Below, piece by piece: positions 1 through 6,768 of a stretch of DNA of 40,014 bases. Every line of letters starts with the position of its first letter. Positions within the stretch are counted from its first letter, which is position 1. This DNA is from Acetofilamentum sp. (GTDB taxonomy: Bacteria > Bacteroidota > Bacteroidia > Bacteroidales > JAADGE01), in the NCBI GenBank assembly GCA_020720705.1, contig DYOJ01000001.1, positions 1 to 40,014 of the forward strand. Direction: 5' to 3'. Position numbers and translations under genes: made by a program. The notes below the pieces were generated by a model. It worked only from the letters and a program-made list of their open reading frames with translations, made no database searches and was not told where the DNA came from.

Positions 1-64
1 CGGAAAATCGAAGGTATTGAACAGGTAAGCAAATACAGGATTTTCTGCTTTCATTCGAGTAACG

Positions 65-1672
65 TTATTTCTTTAATTCGTTTGTTTTCAACAACATAAA
101 CTCTGTGCTGAACGAGGTTGAAGTCCGAAGCAAATTTGTCATATCTTCAGATAAAATATCGGCATTTATGTAATAAAACACCAGATATTCAGGCAATTCC
201 GATTCCGTATTTTGTAAAGTTTCCGCCAATTTTATTTGGGTGATAATTTCTTTATTTGTAAACACAGCTTTTGCCAGCGCAGTGTGTGCAGAAACTACGG
301 CATAATCTATGTCTGCAAGTTCAGTTTGGTAAAATTCGATGTCTGCTTTTTCGACAACAGGAACAATACTGAAATTGTAGTATCGCTTTTCGAGAGGCGA
401 AAAATTTACGACATTATAAAAAAACAAAGCACAGATGCCGGCAAGGCTTGCTAAATATATAAACACAAACTTTAATTTTTGAGACAGAAATTTCACAAAA
501 GCTAACGCCAATGAAGCATTAAGTATCAGCCACATAACATGCGAAAAGGTTAAATATCTGTTTGCTCCGTTATACTCGGAATATTCTGCCCCCATGAGTA
601 AACCGGCACCGATTAAACTGGATATCAACAAGAATGCGGAAAACAAAATCAGTGCACGCTCGGCATAAGTAAGATATTTCCACGAAAAAAACAAAGCTCC
701 GAGTAATCCGAAGAAGAATACGAGCGTAAAAATATCGGACGAAACGGATAATTCAAAAAATTTGACAAAAACATCGTCAAAATTATCGGGATTAAAAAGG
801 TATAATGCCGAGCGGATATATTTCTTTATCAAAAAGCCGGCGGGAATCAGGAATGAAGCGGAAATGATGAGCACAAGGGTTCGTGTTCGTTTATTTTTTT
901 CGGCACGAACGCGCTTAACTGCCAAATAAACCATTGCCGGTATCCACAAAAACAGCATAAATGCACCCTGATAATGAAACAAAGTCGGGAACGCAGCAAG
1001 TAAACCGAGTAGCAGAAGTTTGAACAAAGTCCGAATTCGATTGGTCGCAAAAACAAGCACACCCACATAGAGCGAAAAAGCACTTGCCATGATCAAGTAA
1101 GCGTAATAACGGACATAATGAAATGCGGAGGCAGTCCAAACAGAAATTGACATAAGTAACAGAAAAACAGCAATATAAGGGAATAATTGACGCATACTTT
1201 TTCGCCACGCCGCAAGCAAAACAAAGCTCAAAATGAACGCATAAAAATACCACAAATTCGACTCCGATTTCCAATCAAACGTATCATTATCAGTAGCATA
1301 GTTATAAAACGGATAGCGAAGATGACATTCGAGACGGTACGGACGCAAAACAATGTTGTCAAAATAATCGGTATCCGAAGTATTAAGGTCTGAAAACCAA
1401 GACGGTATGCCGCTTTGTTCAACCCCTTCCGTAACACCGTCAATGATATTCAGTTCATCGGACACGGAAATATATTTATTCAACTCGGAAGTTCGGTTGT
1501 TTATCAAAATGACGGACAAAATACTTGCAAACAGATATAAAAGTGCAATTTCAACCATGCTTGGCTTAAACAAGGGAATTGTCACGCCCGTTTTTGGCAC
1601 CACATCGGACGATTTTTCGGGTGTTTTATCAATCGGTTTTTGAGTTATTTTATCTTTTGTATATTTTGCCAT
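65..1672 (-). CDS. polytopic membrane protein, function unknown (about 10-11 hydrophobic helices plus a soluble C-terminal domain)
   Basis: 535-aa ORF. Polar Lys-rich N-terminus, first TM (VEIALLYLFASILSVILI), a roughly 90-aa loop, then many hydrophobic segments (LWYFYAFILSFVLLAAW, YIAVFLLLMSISVWTASAF, LVFFFGLLGALFF and others) and a roughly 110-aa non-hydrophobic tail. It lies 17 bp downstream of the LRR gene on the same strand, so it is probably co-transcribed. No family recognised by eye. Confidence 0.7.
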   Translation of the reverse strand: MAKYTKDKITQKPIDKTPEKSSDVVPKTGVTIPLFKPSMVEIALLYLFASILSVILINNRTSELNKYISVSDELNIIDGVTEGVEQSGIPSWFSDLNTSDTDYFDNIVLRPYRLECHLRYPFYNYATDNDTFDWKSESNLWYFYAFILSFVLLAAWRKSMRQLFPYIAVFLLLMSISVWTASAFHYVRYYAYLIMASAFSLYVGVLVFATNRIRTLFKLLLLGLLAAFPTLFHYQGAFMLFLWIPAMVYLAVKRVRAEKNKRTRTLVLIISASFLIPAGFLIKKYIRSALYLFNPDNFDDVFVKFFELSVSSDIFTLVFFFGLLGALFFSWKYLTYAERALILFSAFLLISSLIGAGLLMGAEYSEYNGANRYLTFSHVMWLILNASLALAFVKFLSQKLKFVFIYLASLAGICALFFYNVVNFSPLEKRYYNFSIVPVVEKADIEFYQTELADIDYAVVSAHTALAKAVFTNKEIITQIKLAETLQNTESELPEYLVFYYINADILSEDMTNLLRTSTSFSTEFMLLKTNELKK

Positions 1673-1689
1673 ACATGTCTTATTTTCAG

Positions 1690-2658
1690 TTATTTACAAT
1701 ACAATTTAATGGTTTGAATTGCTTGTTTTAAGCCAAGTTTTTCGGCATTATTCCAATAAATGCACGCTGAATCTTGTTTTCCCTGCGCATACATGATAAG
1801 ACCTTTGTTGTAATGCACCACCGGTAATTTCGCATCTAATTTTAAGGCTCTGTTGTAGTCTCGCAGTGCTGCATCAATGTTGCCGTTCGATTGTCGGGCT
1901 ATTCCTCTGTTTCGATATGCAAATGCTAAATCGGGGTCTTCAATAATCGCTTTTGTGTAAAAGAAAATTGCCTCATCATTTTTGTTAAGAGCCTGTAATT
2001 GAGCACCTTTATTCAGGTAAAAATTTGCGGTATCTTCAGTTAAAATAACACTGAAACGGAACTCGGTCTCGGGCAAGGTTTTCCGGATTTCGCTGTGTTT
2101 CAGTATCGGAATCGGATTTCGATATAAACGCACCAATTTCAATGCTTTGAGATTAAAAAATGTATTTGGGAGGCTTTGGATGTCGTTCCACGCCAGATTT
2201 AAGTCCTGTAAATTTTGCAAATTTCCGATAGTTTCGGGCAAATTTCGAAGTAGGGAGTGTGCAATATTCAAGTGCGTAAGCGAAGTGAGTTGTGTCAAAA
2301 CCACCGGAAAAGTATCCAAGGGATTTGAGGCTAACGAAAGATGTTCCAAGTTCTTAAGTTTCAAAATATCATCGGGTATGCTATTTATTTGATTTCGAGA
2401 GAGATTCAACGATTTCAGATTGACCAATCGGAATATTTCCGGCGGAATTGAAGTGAACTTATTTCCGGAAAGATTCAAAGTTTCAATGTCAGTTAAATTT
2501 GTAAAATCATCGGGCAAGGCATCCAAATTCTGATAGGATAAATCCAAATTGTGCACATTTTCAGGTTCATCTAAAGCCTCTTCGAGTGTATCTGCAGGTT
2601 TGCACGAAACCCAAAACAGTATCAAAACAAACGCACTTCTTAAAAAAAACAGTTTCAT
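1690..2658 (-). CDS. leucine-rich-repeat (7 x 23 aa) + TPR lipoprotein
   Basis: The ORF runs to 2706, but I prefer the ATG at 2658. That start gives a classic lipoprotein signal, MKLFFLRSAFVLILFWVSC, and an exact -7 box (TACTTTTG, minus strand, 2674-2681) sits inside the longer version. Seven consecutive 23-aa LxxLxLxxNxLxxLPxxIxxLxx repeats (about 2074-2556) are followed by TPR-like repeats (AIFFYTKAIIEDPDLAFAYRNRGIA..., ALRDYNRALKLD...; about 1690-2034). Confidence 0.8.
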   Translation of the reverse strand: MKLFFLRSAFVLILFWVSCKPADTLEEALDEPENVHNLDLSYQNLDALPDDFTNLTDIETLNLSGNKFTSIPPEIFRLVNLKSLNLSRNQINSIPDDILKLKNLEHLSLASNPLDTFPVVLTQLTSLTHLNIAHSLLRNLPETIGNLQNLQDLNLAWNDIQSLPNTFFNLKALKLVRLYRNPIPILKHSEIRKTLPETEFRFSVILTEDTANFYLNKGAQLQALNKNDEAIFFYTKAIIEDPDLAFAYRNRGIARQSNGNIDAALRDYNRALKLDAKLPVVHYNKGLIMYAQGKQDSACIYWNNAEKLGLKQAIQTIKLYCK

Positions 2659-2673
2659 CTCATTTTTTTCAGC

Positions 2674-2681
2674 CAAAAGTA
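2674..2681 (-). promoter_or_regulatory. candidate Bacteroidota -7 box (TACTTTTG) for the LRR/membrane-protein operon
   Basis: Exact TAnnTTTG match on the minus strand, 16 bp upstream of the ATG at 2658. A TTTG (CAAA on plus, 2704-2707) lies 22 bp further upstream. Confidence 0.4.
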
Positions 2682-2739
2682 AAAAAACTTCTTTACTTTG
2701 TGTCAAAATTTTGTAAAATTTAAAAAAATTTAAAAAAAT

Positions 2740-3024
2740 ATGAACGTCTATTTCCTTTTTTATTTATTTGCGGTAAATATAATATCGGCACTCATTTTTA
2801 TATCCGACAAACGGAAAGCACAAAAAAAACTCAGGCGAATTCCTGAAAAAACGCTACACATTTTTGAACTTTTAGGCGGAGTGTTCAGCATCCTGCCTCT
2901 GATGTATTTTATCCGGCATAAGAACAGGAAATTTTCATACTATTGGTTCACATGGCTTATGATATTGCTATGGACAGGCGGGATTACTTATTACATTTTG
3001 AATGGAAACTTCGTTAGATTTTAG
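2740..3024 (+). CDS. DUF1294 family small membrane protein
   Basis: 94-aa ORF with the characteristic DKRKAxxxxxRIPEKTL...GG......FRHKxxKxxF pattern (SDKRKAQKKLRRIPEKTLHIFELLGGVFSILPLMYFIRHKNRKFSY) and flanking TM segments. Confidence 0.8.
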   Translation: MNVYFLFYLFAVNIISALIFISDKRKAQKKLRRIPEKTLHIFELLGGVFSILPLMYFIRHKNRKFSYYWFTWLMILLWTGGITYYILNGNFVRF

Positions 3025-3131
3025 CATTTAGACGATTTACATTAGAACTAAATCACTTAATTTCAACAAGTTACACTAAGATAAAAAAAAGTTGCGATTA
3101 TCGGAATATATCTAACGTGAGGTGTTTCGTG

Positions 3132-4010
3132 CTATAAATAATTTTCGATATTCTCGTCGGTTTTTAAACCCATTTTAGTGCGTAATCGAAATCGTGTCAT
3201 CTCAACGGCTCTGACTGTTTGTCCGGTAATTGCCGAAATTTCTTTGGTTGTGTGTTTAAGTTTAAGCATTGCTGCCATTTTTAATTCTGATTTTGTTAAA
3301 TCGGGATATTTTTGCAACATTTTAGTAAAAAAGTTTGGATTTACTTTTTCAAAAGAAATAAATAGTTCTTCCCATTTTTCATTCAAATTTAAACATTCAA
3401 TATTTTTAAATACTTCATCTATAAAAGGTTTACATAGATGATTATTTGTGCAATGCGGAATTTTGGTTAATGTGTCATAAATATTTTTTAATAGTTCGTT
3501 GTATTTATTCATTAATAAAATTCGGTTGTTCAATTCAGTATTTATTAATTCAATTTTTTCTTCGTGAAATTTTTTTTCATTTTCAAAGAAGGATTCTTTT
3601 TTGGTTATAAAATGCTTATATGACTCAGTAAATCTGAGCATTGCATTAATTCTGCCTATTAATTCAAATTCGACGACAGGTTTTCTGATATAATCAATTG
3701 CTCCGGATTCATAAGCTAATAATAAATCTTCCGAACTTTTCATCATTCCGGTGCAGATTATTACAGGGATACAGGCAGTTTCGGAATTGTTTTTTAATTT
3801 TTTAATCAGTTCAATACCTGAAATATTCGGCATATCCCAGTCACTTATAATTAAGTCCGGAATTTCATTTTTAATAATTTTAAGGGCAGATTCTGCATTA
3901 AAAGCGTTCAGAATTTCATATTTATTAGTTGATTTTAATAATATTTGATTGATTACAAAAATAGCTTCTGCATCATCGTCAATTACCAAAATCTTATAAA
4001 TTTTTTCCAT
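3132..4010 (-). CDS. response regulator: receiver domain, coiled-coil linker, LuxR/GerE-type HTH
   Basis: N-terminal REC motifs (KILVIDDD..., DLIISDWDMPNISGIELIKKLK, PVIICTG...AIDYIRKP). The C-terminal LTKSELKMAAMLKLKHTTKEISAITGQTVRAVEMTRFRLRTKMGL looks like a LuxR-type HTH. Its start is 1 nt after the stop of the upstream kinase gene. Confidence 0.9.
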   Translation of the reverse strand: MEKIYKILVIDDDAEAIFVINQILLKSTNKYEILNAFNAESALKIIKNEIPDLIISDWDMPNISGIELIKKLKNNSETACIPVIICTGMMKSSEDLLLAYESGAIDYIRKPVVEFELIGRINAMLRFTESYKHFITKKESFFENEKKFHEEKIELINTELNNRILLMNKYNELLKNIYDTLTKIPHCTNNHLCKPFIDEVFKNIECLNLNEKWEELFISFEKVNPNFFTKMLQKYPDLTKSELKMAAMLKLKHTTKEISAITGQTVRAVEMTRFRLRTKMGLKTDENIENYL

Positions 4011-4011
4011 T

Positions 4012-6402
4012 TTAAGTCCTTAAATTACTGATAATTTTTTGAAATTTCTCGTCATTTCCCTTCGCAACTGTTTCTAAAATTTCGGAACACAAACTTATGA
4101 GTATTTCTGAATGATTTTCGGTTTTTATTTTTTCGATAACCGAGTTTATTGCTGAAATTTTATAAATCGGAATCTCAGAAAGTTCCTTGATATAAGGTTG
4201 AATTGCATTTTTTTCACTTTCAGATAAATTTATAGCCGAACTTTTATTTTCAATTTTTTCTAATTCCTGAACTTCAAAATTTTCTGCTTTTGGTAAACTG
4301 AATGTGAATGTGGTTTTGTTTTTTTCTGATGAAACTTTAATTATTTTACCATGACTTTCGATAGCTAATTTGCAGAAAGACAAGCCCAAACCGGAGGAGT
4401 ATTTTTTTGCATTTTTGCCAACTTGTGTAAATTTATCGAAAATTTTGTCGAGATATTCCGGCGGAATTTCTTCTCCTTGGTTTGTGATAGAAAATAATAT
4501 TTCATCTTGATAATCAGCAACCTCAATTTTAATTTCCGAATTTGAAGGTGAATATTTTACAGCATTTGTGAATAGATTTATCAAAACACGGTTAATGACA
4601 TTAATATCACACTTTACACTTATTTTTTCGTCCAAATTATTCACAATTTGTATGTTTGTGTTTTGAGCTAATGTATTAATTTCTTTTAAAGATGTTTCTA
4701 TCAAATTCAAAACCGGTACACTCTCAAAATTCAAATTAATTCTTGATTTTTCGTATTTGTAAACATCAAGTATATTTTGTATCAGATTTAGCATTGAGTA
4801 TGATATTGTTTCTACTTTTTCAATTTGTCTGTCGGTAGCATATAATCTGATATTTTGTAATATGTTTAGTGGATTTTTCAAGTCGTGGATTATCATCTGC
4901 ATCATCCCTTCTTTAAAATTTGATAGTTCTACAAGTTTATCATTTATTTGACGCAATTCTTCTGATTGTTGCAAAATTTCTTCGTTTTTTTCCGATAATT
5001 TTGCAATAAACTTTTTCATTATCCGACTGTTGCGAATAATTAAAACAATTAAAATTCCGGCAAGGAGCAAAATTGCAATAACCGAAAATATTAATATTCG
5101 CTGATTACTAATTGTTTTCTTCTTGATTTCTGCATCTTTTTCCAAAACCAAATTCTCGGTTTTCAGATATTTTGTATCGAAAACAGTTTGCAACGAATCT
5201 AACGAAACACTGCGTTCTGCTTGATTTATTGAATCTTTCAAAAAATCGTATTTTTCGTAATAATCAAGTGCTACGCCGGAATTATTAAGCTTTTTATTAG
5301 TTTTTATCAATGCTTGGTATGATTTTAATATTTCGGGATAACTCTCTATTTCAATGAAAATTAGATGTGCTTTCAGATAGTATTCCAAAGAAACAGAATA
5401 ATTTTTTTTATAAAAATACGCTTCGCCGATATTATGATTTGCAGTGGCAGCAATATACTTAATTCCAATTTCTTCTGCAAGAGCTGCAGTTTTTTTCAGA
5501 TATTCAATTGCTTTGTCATATTGTTTTTGTTCAATGAAAAGTAAACCAATGTTTGTATTAACAGCTGCTTCAACCTGTTTACTTGGCTGTTTTAAAAGAT
5601 ATTCAAGTGCTTGCTTATACTTTTCTTCTGCTTTTTGATATTCTGCTTTTTTCTTATACATAACCCCCATTGCGTTACAAAATCTTGCGGCATCAGTATA
5701 ATTTTCATTTTTTACACATTCGTTTTGTGCTTTTGAGAGGTATTTTTCTGCATCTTCATATTTCTCTTCTTCTACCAAAAGTCCACCTATTTTACCGTAA
5801 AGCGAAATCAAACTCGATTGTTCGTTTAATTCTGTAAATAATTCTTCTGCCAGTAAATAGTTTTCCAAAGCTGTTTTAAAATTTCCTTTTAACTGATATA
5901 CAAGACCTATGTTTGTATAACAAGATGCCAAATCTTTTTTAGTACCCGATTTAATTTGAATTTCTTTTTCTTTTTCGAATGAAATTAACGAAGAATCGTA
6001 ATTTGACTGTACCTGATATATACAACCCAAATATCTGTAACTTACAGCTTTTTGTTCAATGTTTTCAAATTTTTCCGAAAATTGAATTGCTAAATTTGAG
6101 TTTGATTTACAACTTTCGTATTCTGCTCTATAATAATTTAACAGTGCAAATGAATTATAAATTTTGCTGTTCAACTCGGATATTTTTAGTTCTTCAGATA
6201 ATTTTAACGCTTCATTAGTGTACTCGTAACTTTTTTCTAAATCTATTTTAAGATGTTTTGATGATAATTCGAGTAAAGTTTCAATTTTTTCTTTACCGTT
6301 TTGTGTTCTAACAACATTAAGCAAACTATCAATTGCTTGATTTTGCGAAAAAGAAAAATAATTTATTGATAAAAATAATATTACGAGAATTAGTTTTTTC
6401 AT
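4012..6402 (-). CDS. TPR-repeat sensor histidine kinase (extracytoplasmic TPR array, 1 TM, HisKA + HATPase_c, roughly 100-aa C-terminal extension)
   Basis: Signal peptide (MKKLILVILFLSINYFSFSQ), about 400 aa of TPR-like repeats, a TM (ILIFSVIAILLLAGILIVLII) and a coiled coil. H-box MIIHDLKNPLN, N-box LINLFTNAVKYSP, G-box SSGLGLSFCK. A helical tail of unknown function follows. Confidence 0.9.
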   Translation of the reverse strand: MKKLILVILFLSINYFSFSQNQAIDSLLNVVRTQNGKEKIETLLELSSKHLKIDLEKSYEYTNEALKLSEELKISELNSKIYNSFALLNYYRAEYESCKSNSNLAIQFSEKFENIEQKAVSYRYLGCIYQVQSNYDSSLISFEKEKEIQIKSGTKKDLASCYTNIGLVYQLKGNFKTALENYLLAEELFTELNEQSSLISLYGKIGGLLVEEEKYEDAEKYLSKAQNECVKNENYTDAARFCNAMGVMYKKKAEYQKAEEKYKQALEYLLKQPSKQVEAAVNTNIGLLFIEQKQYDKAIEYLKKTAALAEEIGIKYIAATANHNIGEAYFYKKNYSVSLEYYLKAHLIFIEIESYPEILKSYQALIKTNKKLNNSGVALDYYEKYDFLKDSINQAERSVSLDSLQTVFDTKYLKTENLVLEKDAEIKKKTISNQRILIFSVIAILLLAGILIVLIIRNSRIMKKFIAKLSEKNEEILQQSEELRQINDKLVELSNFKEGMMQMIIHDLKNPLNILQNIRLYATDRQIEKVETISYSMLNLIQNILDVYKYEKSRINLNFESVPVLNLIETSLKEINTLAQNTNIQIVNNLDEKISVKCDINVINRVLINLFTNAVKYSPSNSEIKIEVADYQDEILFSITNQGEEIPPEYLDKIFDKFTQVGKNAKKYSSGLGLSFCKLAIESHGKIIKVSSEKNKTTFTFSLPKAENFEVQELEKIENKSSAINLSESEKNAIQPYIKELSEIPIYKISAINSVIEKIKTENHSEILISLCSEILETVAKGNDEKFQKIISNLRT

Positions 6403-6417
6403 TTCTGATTTTTATAA

Positions 6418-6425
6418 CAAATATA
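6418..6425 (-). promoter_or_regulatory. candidate -7 box (TATATTTG) for the kinase/regulator operon
   Basis: Exact TAnnTTTG on the minus strand, 16 bp upstream of the kinase ATG (6402). A second match (TAATTTTG, 6431-6438) is nearby, so the assignment is ambiguous. Confidence 0.3.
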
Positions 6426-6484
6426 TCCCCCAAAATTAAAAAAATAAATCAAATATCCACTTTTTTTATTAGTCTTTTTTCAAA

Positions 6485-6528
6485 TTGTGAAAGTTTTGTG
6501 AGGTAGTTGTGAAAGTTTTGTGTAGGTA
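6485..6528. repeat. two tandem 22-bp direct repeats (16-nt core TTGTGAAAGTTTTGTG) in the divergent intergenic region; candidate regulator-binding site
   Basis: 6485-6500 and 6507-6522 are identical 16-mers. The spacers are AGGTAG and TAGGTA. The pair ends 3 bp before a TTTG (6532-6535) / TAACTTTG (6558-6565) promoter-like pair that faces the giant gene. Confidence 0.6.
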
Positions 6529-6531
6529 TAT

Positions 6532-6565
6532 TTTGATTACAGGTGATTTATGTATTGTAACTTTG
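6532..6565 (+). promoter_or_regulatory. candidate promoter of the giant gene (-33 TTTG, -7 TAACTTTG)
   Basis: Exact TAnnTTTG at 6558-6565 with a TTTG 22 bp upstream. This implies a leader of roughly 195 nt before the ATG at 6769. Confidence 0.35.
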
Positions 6566-6768
6566 CAAATATGGAATAATTATATTTTTTCAATAATAAT
6601 AAATTACCCGAATATGCTTAAACATCTGTTAATCAGCAGGCTGAAAACAATTTCTGCACAAGAAATTCCAAGACAATCAGTGTTGAGATTTCATTTTTTT
6701 GGGTTAAATCACTCAAAATTTATTAAGTCAAATAAAATAATTTTAAATATTAATTAAAAATTCAAAAC

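Noticed and set aside
1-64. Imperfect inverted repeat GAAAATC...GATTTTC downstream of the 535-aa gene as a terminator
   Set aside because: It has only a 7-bp stem with a loop of about 30 nt, and it lies at the window edge. That is too weak to call.
915-1274. 119-aa and 78-aa minus-strand ORFs, plus short plus-strand ORFs, inside the 535-aa membrane protein gene
   Set aside because: They overlap alternative frames of a longer ORF whose hydrophobic periodicity is coherent. They are Cys-rich with no motifs.
6485-6528. Possibility that the tandem repeat is a small CRISPR array
   Set aside because: There are only two copies, 16-nt repeats with 6-nt spacers, and no cas genes in the window. The geometry fits an operator, not a CRISPR array.
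6509-6757. 82-aa ORF (GTG start) filling the intergenic region upstream of the giant gene
   Set aside because: It starts inside the tandem repeat and spans the candidate promoter and leader. Its composition is low-complexity and Ile/Asn/Leu-rich, as expected from translating AT-rich non-coding DNA, and it has no recognisable motif. I treat it as 5' leader. A leader peptide cannot be excluded without ribosome profiling.
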